Below, one piece after another: positions 25,686 through 38,142 of a stretch of DNA of 64,000 nt; within the stretch, counting starts at the first letter, position 1, and the number at the start of each line of letters is the position of its first letter. The notes beneath the pieces are model-generated. The model had not been told where the DNA came from, did not search any database, and was given only the letters and a program-made list of their open reading frames with translations. The DNA comes from Chiloscyllium plagiosum (Eukaryota), in assembly GCF_004010195.1 (NCBI RefSeq), contig NC_057721.1, forward strand, positions 39,696,194 through 39,760,193, in the 5' to 3' direction. The translations under genes and the position numbers were made by a program.

Positions 25686-26281
25686 CCGAAATTGTTTGAA
25701 CAGCCAGAAGATGTGGTCCAAACAGGAACAAATAACATGAGGAGGAAGAATTCTGCAATCAGAATTTAGGGAGCTGGGTGGAAAATTGGTAAGCAAGACC
25801 TCTACTAATCTCCAGGTTACTCCCATGTGTTTTGCAAGAGAGTACTCAAAAAGGAAGCTAAGACAAGTAAATGAGTAGCTGGAAAGATGGTGAAGGAGGG
25901 AGGGCGTTAGATTCCTGGGACACTATGTCTGGCTCTAGAGGTGATGGCACTGGTACAGGGCAGATGTGTTGCATCTGAATAGATTCAGAATGGAGTCCCT
26001 TGTGGGGCATTTTGATAGTGCCAAAAGGATGGTTTAACTACCTCAACAGGAATGTGGAAATCCGGAATGATTTTTAGAGAGCAATACAAGGGTTCATGAA
26101 ACACTGGGAGAGGCAGATAGCATCAGAAAACAGAATAGTAAATTAATAGGTGGACTCAAAGTAAGAAATAAAGAAATGAAGTTTAAGTTATGCTGTATGT
26201 TGTGAATAACATTGGAGAGTTACAGGCACAGATTGCCAGTTTGGATTAAGATATTGTGGCAAAAATGGACAGAGGGTTAGA

Positions 26282-27435
26282 GGAACATAGGAAACTGGGA
26301 ATTAGGAGTGGAATAGGCAATTCAACCCTTCAATCCCACTCTACCATTTAACAAGATCATAGCTGATCTGACCTTGGTCTCAATTCCACTTTAATCCCTG
26401 CATCCCATAAGCCTTTATCTTCTCTTTGATCAAAAAGATATCTATTTCTTTCTTGAATCTGTTAATTGATTCTGCTTCCACTGCACACTGGGGCAGTGAG
26501 TTCCACAAATTCAAAACCCTCAGAGAATTAGTTTCTCCTCATCTCAGTTTTGAATCTAATTTCTCTCACTCTATATCTATGAATTCTTATTCTAGATTGA
26601 ATAGATGCTCCTCCTTGAGGGACAATGTCCATCTTATCAATTCCCTTTTGCATATTACATAACTCGATCAGATCACCCCTCATTCTTTTGAACTCAGAGC
26701 ACAGGTCCAAGCTTTTCAATATTCCCAGTATGATAGCACTTTTATCCCTGCAATCAATCTGGTGAACCTTGTCTGAACTCGAGTGCCACCACATCCTTCC
26801 TCAAATAAGGAGACCAAAACTTGAGATGAGGTCTCATAACATTCTTAAGTAATTGTAATAACACTTCATTACTTTTATAATCCGGTCTGTTTGCAATAAA
26901 TGCCAAGATTTTATTTGCCTTTCTTATTATATGCTTGACTATATACCCACTTCCTGCGATTCATGCACAAGCACACCCAGGGACCTTGTCAAATGCCTTC
27001 TGAAAGTCTAGATATACCATATCTACTGGATTCCCATTATCCACCTTGTTGATTCATTCTCAAAGAAAGCAAGTTTGTCAACATGACTTGTCCTTCATGA
27101 AACTGTGTTGACAGTGGTGAATTAAGATAACTGAACACTTGGAAAAACAAAGCTCCTCTTTTATGATTGACTCCAGCAAACTGCCCACTAAAGAGGTAAA
27201 ACTAACAGGTCTGTAGTTTCTCAACTTTTAAATAAGAGTGTCACATTAGCATGTTAACAATGCACTGGCACCATTTCAGAATCCAGGGAATTTTGGAATA
27301 TCAAAACTAATGCATCCACTATTGCTGCTGCCATCTCCTTTAATAGTCTAGGGTGCAGGCCATCAAACGCACAGGATTTATCTGCTTTTAATCCCATCAG
27401 TTTACTTAATACCTTCTCCTTAGTTATAGTAATTT
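26282..27435 (-). mobile_element. Nested antisense CR1
   Basis: ORFs 26528- (RMRGDLIE) and 27254- (LKADKS...DGLHPRLLKE...IFQNSLDS). Confidence 0.8.
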
Positions 27436-28464
27436 CACCACGAAGGGCAGGACTGGGTGTTAAGTATTCCTGGTTAAATGTGTTCAGAAAAGATATAGAA
27501 GGAAGAAACAAAGGACAGGTGATGTATTTGGTTAATGAGAGCACTACAGCACTGGAAAAACAGCATAGATGATCCAGAGGGTTAAAGGACAGAATTGATT
27601 TAGTAAGTGTCCAGGATCAAAAAGGGTGCAACTACATTGCTCTGTGTAATCCATAATCTATTCACTAGTGGGGAGAATGCAGAGGAACAAATCTGCAAAG
27701 AAACAGGTACAAACATCATAGATTAATTACAATGGAGATTTCAATTACTTGAATATAGACTGGGATAGTGATAGGATAAAGAGAAGAGGCAAGCATTCTT
27801 AAACCTCATTCAGGAGGATTTCCTACAATAGTATCTGCCCAGTCCAACAAGAAAAGGAAGGACCATTAGACCTAGCTGTTCGCAATGAGGCAGACTAAGT
27901 AGATCAAGTGTCAGTGGGGGAACATCTAGGAGACAGCACTTATTGTATCATAACGTTTAGAATGTTGTAAATAGCAAAGAACAATCCACAGCACGACTAA
28001 TCAACTGGCAGACAACCAATGTCAATGGGGAAAGAATTAAGCTGGGCTGCATAAACTGGAACCAAAGCTTGGATGAACAAAAACTGCAGCTGACAATGGA
28101 CTATAATCAATGTAAAGGTACTGTCAAAGTACCTCTAAGATTAACAATCAAGTGGCAAATTATGGATTAATTTAAAACAGTCATCATGGATTTATGAAAT
28201 TAATTATGAAATTGCTGGCAATTTTTTTGATAGAGAGAGTTAATGAGGGCAATGTTATTGGGGTGTAAATGGACTTTCAAAAACCATTTGATACAGTGTC
28301 AAACAATAGCTCTATAAAGAAAGTTGTACCTCATGGAATAAAAGGGACAAGAGCAAGGCGGATACAAAATTGGCTGAGGGCTAGGAATCAATTAATGGGA
28401 ATTAATGAGAAGACAGGTTTGTAGTGAAGTTTTCCAGGTGTCAGTATTGGGACCTTAGTCTTTC

Positions 28465-28497
<33 letters not shown>

Positions 28498-28500
28498 ATA
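28465..28500. repeat. (TA)n microsatellite
   Basis: Direct reading of the sequence. A compound (TC)n(TA)n run also occurs at about 5641-5668. Confidence 0.9.
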
Positions 28501-29039
28501 CGTAAATGATTTAAATCTTGCTGTGCTGGGGAACAAATTCAATGTCTGTGGATAGTACAAGCTTGTGAACACACCAAAGACAATGTGGAACTTCAAAAGG
28601 ATTTTAGCAAGTTAGAGGAGGGAGTGGATGCATGGCAGATGAAGTTCAATGCAGTGAAGTGTGAGGTAATATATTTTGGTAAAACATGGGAGTAAAAAAT
28701 AAAGAGTGCTATTCTAAAGGTTGTGCAGTCATGTATTTGGCAGGGCAAGTAGCAAGAACTACAAAATATATTCTACACTTAATTAATATGGGCTGAGGGA
28801 ATAGAGTATGTTGAACTCATCCAGGACATGATCTAGACCTCAGCTAAGGTAGTGTGTATAGTTCTGGGTGCCTTTAGAAGGATGCAAATGCATTAGAGAG
28901 AGCATGAACAAGATTTATGAGAATGGTTTCAGGATGGAGTAACTTCAGTTATGAGGACAGATTGGAGAAGTTGGGATTGTGTTCCTTGGAGAGGAGAAGC
29001 GAGGAGGAGATTTGACAGAGGTTTTCAAAATCATGGGTG

Positions 29040-29990
29040 GGGGTGTCCTGGGCCCAACCATCTGAAGCTGCTTCGATGATATCCCCTCCATCACAAGGTC
29101 ATAAATGGGGATATTCAATGATGATTGTTCAGCACCATTCATGACTCCTCAGTCACTGAGCAGTTCATGTCCAAGTATACCAAAGACCTGACAGTATCTA
29201 AGTATGAGCTGATAAGCTGCAAGTGACATTTGTACTATAGGCGTGTCAGACAATGATAATCTTCATTGAGACTGAATCCAACAATCACTCCAGGATACTC
29301 AACGGCATTACAATAGTTGAGTTCCCCATTATTAATATCCTGGACATTACCACTGATCAGCAAGTGAACTGCTCCAGTCAGACAAATGCTGTGGCCACAA
29401 GAACAGGACAGTGGTAGCAAATAATAATTATGGGGAGGCGGGGAAGAAGAGGATGAGGAGGAAAAAGGAAAGAGCAACTTACTTCTGATTCTTCAAAGTC
29501 TGTCCACTATCTACAAGGTCCAGGACAGATGGAATACTTCCCACTTGCCTGGAAGAATGTAGTTCCAACCAATCAGGACAAGGCATCCTGTCTGACTTAC
29601 ACCTCATCCACCACCTATGCACAGTGGCTGCTGTGCATGCTATCGACAAGATGCATGGCAAACTCTCATAAAGACTCATTAGACAGCACCTTTCTAACCT
29701 ACAACTTCTACCCCTAAGACAAGGACAACAGATTCATGGGAGTATTACCACCTGAAGTTTCTATTCAAGGCACGCACCATTACAACTTGAAAATCTATCA
29801 CTGTTCCTTCCTTCTCACTGATTCAAGATCATGGAACTTCTTCCAAATAGCACTGTGCACATTCCGACATCATACAGACTGAAGTAGTTCAAGATGACAG
29901 GTGGCCACCACCTTCTCAATGGTATTCAGGGTTAGCAATAAATGCTGTTTTAGCCAGTACTTCTGCATCCTGTTATGAGTTCATTAAGTT
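29040..29990 (+). mobile_element. L2/CR1-clade LINE 3' portion (family distinct from the canonical CR1s)
   Basis: GGCCCAACCATC...CCACTATCTACAAGG...GATGGAATACTTCCCACTTGCCTGG...GCAATAAATGCTG tail. Same family as 39660-41785. Confidence 0.7.
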
Positions 29991-30569
29991 TGAAAAAAAA
30001 TGAAATGTACTTCTATGTCAACAAAGCACTCCCATTTCTGCTAGGAAATGGTTACTGGAACGACTTTAAGAGTTCGACAATCCTGCTACTAAAAATTAAA
30101 AACTAGCTGTCAGTCAAATATAAAATGAACCAGTTATGAAATCTGGATTTTTTTTCTTAGAAAATCCGTCATAAACACAAACCAGGAAGATTACACCCAA
30201 TCTTGCAATTATAGAAGGACTGCTCAGATTCAGAAATTTAGCTTTAACTATTTGACGAAACTCTAACCAGTAACTGTTTTAAAGAGGTAACCATCTCAAT
30301 CATAAACATGATGCCAATAACATTTATAAAGATTCTTTGTCAGTTAATGGCAAAGCACAGAAACATCCTTCCTGTCATTGCTGGCAAGCTCCAGATCCCC
30401 GATTGCTGCCCCAAGATCCTCTTCACAACTGAGGGAGATGGATTAGATTTCTTGAGTGATATCAAACATTTAAACTCCTGTCCAACTATTACAAACTTCA
30501 CCCCCTTCAATGCTCGAAAATCCTATACAGTTTCTTTCTCTTAAAATGCTGACAGTGCCAGAATTCAGT

Positions 30570-32625
30570 TGCGAGACTGTGGTGCTGGAAGATAAATGGG
30601 ATGGGGGTGGGGAAAGGTAGCTAAGAATGTGATAGGTAGATTAAAGCGAGGGAGAAGGTGGTAGGTTGGAAAGGAGGTGGAGTGGATAGATGGGAAAGGT
30701 GATGAACAGGTCAGGAGGGTGGTGCAGAGTTGGAGGCTTGGGACTGGGATAGTGTGGGGGGAGGGGAAATGAGGAAACTAGTGAAATCCACATTGATCTC
30801 GTCTGGTTGCAGGGTCCCAAGGAGGAATACGAGGCGTTCCTCCTCCAGGCATCGGATGGTAAGGGTTTGGTGATGGAGGTGGCCCAGAACCTGCATATCC
30901 TTGGCGGAGTGGGAGGGGGAGTTGAAGTATTCAGCCATGGGGCAGTGGGGTTGGTTGGTGCAGGTGTCCCAGATATGTTTTCTGAAATGATCTGCAAGTA
31001 GGCTTCCTGTCTTCCCGATGTAGGAGACCACATCGGGTGCAACAGATACAGTAGATGATATTGGAGGAGGTACAGGTAAATTTCTGTCAGATGTGGAAGG
31101 ATCCTTTGTGGCCTTGGACAGAGGTAAGGTGAGGGGAGTGGTGTGGGTGCAGGTTTTGCACTTCCCGTGATGGCAGGGGTAGGTACCGGGAGTGGGATAG
31201 TGGGGTGTGTGTGCGCGTGTGTGTGTCTGACGAGGGAGTCGCGGAGGGAATGGTCTTTCCAGAACACTGATTGGGGTGGGGAGAGAAAAATACATCTGGT
31301 AGTGGGGTCTGTTGGTAGGTGTGGAAGTTGCAGAGGATGATGCAATGTATGTGGAGATTGGTGGGGTGGAAGGTGAGGACCAAGAGGTTCTGTCCTGGTT
31401 GCATTGGGAGGGGTGGGGTTCAACGGCGGTGGTGCAGGAAGTGGATGAGATGCGCTGGAGGGCATCATCGACCACGTGGGAGGGGAAATTGTGATCTTAG
31501 AGGAGGCAGCCAACTGGGACCTTCTAAGGTGGAATTGGTCATCCTGGGAACAGATGCAGCAGAGGCGGAGGAATTGGGAATAAGGGATAGCATTTTTACA
31601 GTAGGTAGGGTGGGAGTCAGTGGGCTTCTAATAGATGTCCATGGTTAGTTGGTCGCCGGAGATGGAGAGGTCCAGGAAGGGGAAGGTGTCTGAGATGGTC
31701 CAGGTGAATTTGAGGTCAGGGTGAAAGGTGTTAGTGAAATTGATGAACTGTTCAACCTCCTCAGGGGAGTATGGGTTAGCGCCGATACGGTCATCACTGT
31801 AGCAGAGGAACATGCAGGGGGTGGTGTCAGTGTAACTGTGGAAGATGGACTGTTCACATACCTGACAAAGAGGCAGGCATAGCTTGATCCCATGCGGGTG
31901 CCCATGGCTACCTCTCTGGTTTGGAGAAAGTGGGAGGATTGGAAGGAGAAGTTGTTAAGCGTGAAGACCAGTTCAGCTAGGTGAATGAGGATATCAGTGG
32001 AAGAGTACTGGTTGTGACGACGTAAGAGGAAGAAACGGAGGGTTTGGAGGTCTTCGTTGTGGTGGATGGATGTGTATAGGGTCTGGATGCCCATGGTGAT
32101 GAAGAAGCATTGGGGTCTGGGGAAACAAAAGTCTTAGAGGAGGTGAAGGGTGTGGGTGGTCTCCCGAATGTAGATGGGGAGTTCCTGGACTAAGAGTGAC
32201 AGGATGCTGTCAAGGTATGCAGAGATGAGTTCAGTGGAACAGACCCAGGCTGAGACAATGGGTCAACTGGGGAAGTCAGGTTTGTGAATCTTCAGTAAGA
32301 GGTAGAATTGGGTGGTGTGGGGTTCACAGACAATGAGGTTAGAGGCAGGGGGTGGGAGATGCCCAGATGAGGTTGTGGATGGCCTGGGAATTGAAGGTTT
32401 GGTGATGGGAGATGAGGTTGTGGTCGACAGGGCAGTAGGAGGTGGTGTCTGCGAGTTGGTACCTGGTTTCAGTGGTTTAGAGGTTAGTATGCCAAACCAC
32501 CAAGTTTCCCTTTGTCTGCGAGTTTGATGGCGAGGTTGGGGTTGGAGTGGAGAGCTACGCATTGTGAGGACAGGAGGTTGGGTGGTGAAAGGGGTGGACA
32601 GGTTGAGGCAGTCGATGTCACGGCA
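30570..32625 (-). mobile_element. Penelope-like element (RT plus GIY-YIG endonuclease), decayed
   Basis: ORFs 31645- (LYTSI...AELVFTLNNFSF...VAMGTRMGSSYACLF), 31628- (FHPDLKFTW...FLDLSI) and 30711- (CKTC...YIGKTGSLLADHFRKH). Confidence 0.9.
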
Positions 32626-32629
32626 CCGT

Positions 32630-32985
32630 GACCTGTCTAACCCTCTCACTCACTCCAACCACCTGCCCTCACAATACGCAAACCTCCACTCCTACCCCAA
32701 ACTCACCATCAAAATTGCCCCATTGACCATGACCTCACCTCCCATCACCAAACCATCATCTCCCAGACCATCCACAACCCCATCACTCTGGAGATCTCCC
32801 ACCCACTGCCTGCAACCTCATTGTCCATGAATGCCACACTGCCCAATTCTACCTCCGACTGAAGATTCACAAACCTGACTTCCCTGGTCGACCCAATGTA
32901 CAACCCACTGCTCTTGTCCCACTGAACTCCTCTCCGCATACCTTGACATGTTCTGTCCCCCTTAGTCCACAAACTCTCCACCTAT
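32630..32985 (+). mobile_element. Inverted Penelope fragment adjoining the previous element
   Basis: 32721-32985 is the diverged reverse complement of 32165-32430 (e.g. CTGAAGATTCACAAACCTGACTTCCC). Confidence 0.8.
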
Positions 32986-33981
32986 GATATGAACATCATT
33001 GCACTGAAATAATAAATAAACCAAAGGATGAAAGAATGTGAAGATAACTAAGGTAATGAAGGATGCACATTAAGACTTTCAGAAAGGAGGAAAGAAGAGG
33101 GGAACTGTGGAACATGAAGTAGAAAATTCTGATCTGAAGTTATTAATCTTAATATGCAGAATGAAATAGGACTCCTGGTGTTGTTATTTAAATAGTACAT
33201 GAGGCCAAAGACTGAATAATCAGACTCCTAATAAGAGATAGAAGTGGCAAGCCACAAAGAGGTCTGAACTCCACTTAAAGACTAAATAGAGATGTTCCAC
33301 AAAGCACTCACCCAAACTACGTTGGTCTTATGCAGTCCCCTCTATGATGAGGAGGCCAAACGCAGATTGGGTAACCACTTTAATCTGCTGATTTTTTTCT
33401 TGCTTCAGTTTAATCTAAAAACACAAATTGGCAGTTTTAATCTAAACTAATGACCAGAGAGATCAGGAGTATATGATACTATCCAAAACAATAAGAACAA
33501 ACCCTAATGGGAAAAGTTCCTGATTTATCCCAAGGATGATCACAGTAATAAATTTTTGCTCGTTCATGGAAATAGACTTATACACCGGATGTTATGAAAC
33601 ATATTCAGACTGTCTGAATCATAATACTCACTGCTTCCTTTCTCATTGCTAATTCACTAACTTCACCTGAACATTACCTTGAATTTCCACACCATTTTGT
33701 ACAAGGAATAGTCTTGAAACAGGATATCAAAAATGCACTTTTAACTGTATTCCCAAATATGTAATGCACTATACAATAAAATATCCTCTAAGGACTGTAT
33801 CTTTTGAGTTCCTGAGAGCAACCCAAAAAGTCCATTGGTAACAGAATGAAGCATAAACAAAAGCTCAAAACAAAAACAAATACTTGGCTGAAATGTTTGA
33901 ACACTTTACTCTGTTTCTAACAAAGTTCCATGACGAGGACCTGTTATTACAAAATAGGGATAGTGTTTGAGACTACTGATT

Positions 33982-34575
33982 GAAACATAGAACAATACAG
34001 TGCAGAACAGGCCCTTCGGCCCTCGATGTTGCGCAATCCTGTGAATTATTCTCAGCTCGTTCCCCTACACTACCACAAAATCATCCATGTGCTTATCTAA
34101 GGATTGTTTAAATCTCCCTAATGTGGCTGAGTTGACTACATTAGCAGGTAGGGCATTCCACGCCCTTACCAGTCTCTGCGTAAAGAAACTAAATGAATGG
34201 ACTAAATTTAGCAGAAATCTGAATGATTTTAAATGATTCCTAATAAATTATGTTCTCTGGCTAGGCAGCTAACTAGATTTGTTCCTCTCTCATACTGGAA
34301 TTAAAATCAATCTATATGCCTTCCATTAACCAGCTGTTTATCTGAGATATCAATGAACCAGGTTTTCTCATCGATTTATAACATGCAGTTTTATGCTGAC
34401 AGCAAAGAATGAGACTTTATAAATGACTGAACTAATATTTTCTTCCACACTAAATAACTGTGCAACAGCAATTTCAGCTTTTTTTTGTTCAGAACCTATT
34501 GTTTTAAATTATTTGCAATAGATTATATATCTAAATAAAATTAAAATATAATATTTTGAAATGCAAAATTTAACG
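33982..34575 (-). repeat. Copy 2 of the 595-bp duplication
   Basis: About 3 substitutions and a 1-nt T-run difference versus 16635-17229. Confidence 0.95.
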
Positions 34576-35154
34576 AACATTACTTGACAAATTTGGGAAG
34601 GTATGATGGGGGAGGTGTATGGGTAGATGAATTGTAATTGCAGATTATTTCACATTTCATTAAATGGCCAGCTTTGCAGTTCATTGAAAGCTCAGATACT
34701 TTATTGCAGTTGTAGTCTAGCTCATTAAGTCAGTTTATAAATGTGACAAGTGAAAGCCCTGGAAAGTGGAATGACAAACCAGAAATTAAGATATGGACAG
34801 GGATGGAAAGGGATATCAAAATACAGGATAGAATTTATTAACTAAAGTTGCCGAATTTAAAGTCAAATTCAGAAGGCCGTAAAGCACCCAAGTGGAAAAT
34901 GAGGTGCTGCTGCTTCAGCTAGTGTTGGACTTCACTTGGAAATATGTGTAAACTGTTTATCATGGTTATGCTTTAATCAGTGTTCATCTTTGTTCTGTCA
35001 ATAGCACCTATTCTGGATCGATGGTGCAATCTTCTTTACAACCATTACCACTGCCATTGTCTTTGATCTTCAATTTCCCTTAAACTTTCCATGATTTAGC
35101 TTTCTTTTCAGCTTGCCTTAGTCCCCTAAACCTTTTTCAATACCAGATAACCCA

Positions 35155-35286
35155 TGCTGAAAATGTGTTGCTGGAAAAGCGCAGGTCAGGCAGCATCTAA
35201 GGAGCAGGAGAATCGATGTTTCGGGCATGAGCCCTTCTTCAGGAATGACTTTCCTCATTACTGAAGAAGGGCTCATGCCTGAAATA
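35155..35286. mobile_element. Penelope pLTR fragment with two head-to-head hammerhead-like cores
   Basis: GTTTCGGGCATGAGCCCTTCTTCAG (minus-strand core) followed by CTGAAGAAGGGCTCATGCCTGAAA (plus strand). Confidence 0.75.
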
Positions 35287-35402
35287 ACAGATTATCTTTT
35301 CAGTAGCTTATTGTTGTTGAGGGAACTAATTGAACATGCAACAATTGCCAGGTTTCCTACATTATAATAATGACCAGCCTTTAAAAATACTTGATTAAGG
35401 TG

Positions 35403-36945
35403 GAGTCATAGAGATGTACAGCATGGAAATAGACCTTTCGGTCCAACTCGTCCATGCAATCAGATATCCTAAGTTAATTCAGTCTGATTTGCTAGCATTT
35501 GGCCCATATCACTCTTCCTATTCTTATAGCCATCCAGATGCTTTTGAAATGTTGTAATTGTACCCACCTTCACCAGTTTCTCTGGCAACTCATTCTATGC
35601 ATGCACCACCCTCTGTGAAAAAGTTGCGTGTTAGTACAATTTTAAATCTTTCTGCATCTCATCTTAACCCTCTACTTTTGGACTCCCCGACCCCAGAGAA
35701 AAGACCTTGCCATTCACCCCATCATTGCCCCTCACGACTTTATAAACTTTTATAAGGTCACCCCTCAGCCTCCGTCACTGCAGGGAAAATAGCCCCAGCC
35801 AATTCAGCTTCTCCCTGTAGCTCAAACCCTCTAATCCTGGTAACATCCTTGTAAATTTTTTCTGAACCCTTTCAAGTGTCACAACATTTTTTTCTATAGC
35901 AGAATTGCCCGCAGTATTTCAAAAGTGGCCAAACCAATGTCCTGTACAGTCACAACATGGCCTCCCAACTCTTATACTCAATGCACTGATTAATAAAGGC
36001 AAGCGTACCAAACATCTTCTTCACTATCCTGTCTACCTGTGACTCCACTTTCAAGGAACTATGAACCTGCACTCCAAGGTCTCTTTATTTAGCAACAATC
36101 CCCAGGACCTTACCATTAAGATGTATAAGTCCTGCCCTGATTTGCCTTTCCAATATGCAGCACCTCACATTTATCTAAATTAAACTCCATCTGGGACTTC
36201 TCAGCCCATTGGCCCATCTAATCAAGATCCCATTGTACTATGTGTAACTTACTCAATTACACCTCCAATTTTGTGTCATCTGCAAACTTACTAATCATAC
36301 TTCCCATGTTCACATCCAAATCATTTATATATCCTTGTGGCACACAGTGGGCCACAGGCCTCCAGTCTGAAAAGCAACTCTCTTTCACTATCCTCTGTCT
36401 TTTACCTTCGAACCAGTTCTGTATCCATATGACTAGTTCTCCCTGTATTCCATGTGATCCAACCTTACCAACCAGTCTACCATGAGGAACCTTGTTGAAC
36501 GCCTTATGAAGTTCATACAGATTACATCCACCAGTCTGCCCTCAATCCTCTTCGTTACTTCTTCAAAAAACTCAATCAAGATTGTGAGACATGATTTCCC
36601 ATGCATGAAGCCATGTTGACTATCCTTAATCAGTCCTTGCCTTTCCAAATATATGTAAATCCTGTACCTCAAGATTCCCTCCAACAACTTGCCCACCACT
36701 GATGTCAGGCTCACAGGTCTATAGTTTCCTGGCTTTTCCTTACCATCTTTAAATAGTGGCACCATGTTAGCTAACTGCTAGTTTTCTGGCACCTTACTTG
36801 TGGCTATCCATGATACAAATATCTCAGCAAGGGGCCCAGCAATCACTCCCTTAGCTTCCCACAGAGTTCCAGGGTACACCTGGGGAGTTAATCACCTTTA
36901 TGCATTTTAAAATGCCCAGCATCTTCTCCTCTGTAATATGGGCTA
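35403..36945 (-). mobile_element. CR1 LINE (RT to 3' UTR)
   Basis: ORF 36433-: PGNYRPVSLTSVVGKLLE...QHGFMHGKSCLT. Same 3' UTR as the copy at 10033. Confidence 0.9.
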
Positions 36946-38049
36946 TTTGCTTTGCTTAAAATATGTGGCTACAAGAGCAAATTCTTGCTCAAAGCCTTGC
37001 AAATTTTCTGTGAAAACTCATGAATGCATAAAATTCAAAATATTGAAAAAGTTGCCTCATACACAATGAGAGACTAGATCTCAGGAGTTGCTTATCCAAT
37101 CTCAAATCTCTCTCCGATGACAAAGCTGGAACAGCTAGCAATGACATATTCTCTCTTTTTCCCCTGACGCGGCTCCTCCAGAGAGGGAATCCATTATCGG
37201 AGCAGCAGCAACAATGGGAGAAGGGAACATTCGTTCAGAGGAGCTGAAATAAGTTGCTGCATAAGGTAGTTTTATAATTCCAGCCCAAACATACACAGTA
37301 GGTTCTGCTATAGCTTATGTTTCTTCAATGTTAATTGGTTTTAACGCGATTGAAGAATTGACTGTTATTCATACAATGGAAATCTTCCTCATCTTTACTG
37401 GCTATAACGTGATTCTGACTCCATTAGTTTGCAATTCCATCTACCTGATTGCAATAAAATCCTGACGCTTGGATGTTAACAAAATCAAAATACATGTACA
37501 AAAATAATTGCATGTTGAAATCAAGTATAGCATCACAGACCAGCATTCCCTTCCAACCAACCCCAATTGTTGCTCGATTCACAAAAGTGTTCTATTGATA
37601 CGGTGTGCAAAAAAAACAGTGGTGAGAGAAATGAGGTGAGAGAGGTAGGAAGTGAGGAGGTGAGCAAGAGGGTTGGGTGAGATACGGTGAACTGAAGAGG
37701 TGAGAAGGAAGATGGCAAGTGAGTGAACCTGAGAGTGAAAGGGTCTTAGAGACAGATGAATGGAGGAAATAGATAAATATAACTTATTAACTCTTTCCCC
37801 TATATTAACAAATGTTGGCATTGAGGTGTTAACATCTTGGTATTCAATGTGCTAATATTGTGGAATGTTGGGAAATGTTATGTGACAAATTTTATCAGCC
37901 AAATGTAACCCAATCAGTTGGAGAATGCATGAAGTAAAATTGAGGGAATGCAGCTAAGCATTTTCTGACAGAAGATAAAAAAAGTCAAAGTGCATGTGAT
38001 TAAGAGTTTTCAATTGATGTCTCTTGGGAAGTTACAAATTAATACCATG

Positions 38050-38142
38050 ACCAAGAAGGGTTTTTGCCTGAAATGTCGATTTTCCTGTTCCTTGGATGAT
38101 GCCTGACCTGCTGTGCTTTTCCAGCACCACTCTAATCTAGAC
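38050..38142 (+). mobile_element. Penelope pLTR fragment
   Basis: GAAGGGTTTTTGCCTGAAATGTCG...GCCTGACCTGCTGTGCTTTTCCAGCA. Confidence 0.7.

Larger units (their letters stand above)
25690..29035 (+). mobile_element. Long decayed CR1 (ORF1 esterase-like region to ORF2), interrupted by an antisense CR1 at about 26282-27435
   Basis: GATGTGTTGCATCTGAAT (DxLHLN, SGNH-like ORF1), ATGGAGATTTCAATTAC (GDFN), TGGCAGATGAAGTTCAAT and GGAGATTTGACAGAGGTTTTCAAAATCATG. Confidence 0.7.

Noticed and set aside
16635-34575. The 595-bp direct repeats as LTRs of a 18-kb retroelement
   Set aside because: No TG...CA termini, PBS or PPT. One end is a CR1 tail, and the interval is ordinary intron with mixed old repeats.
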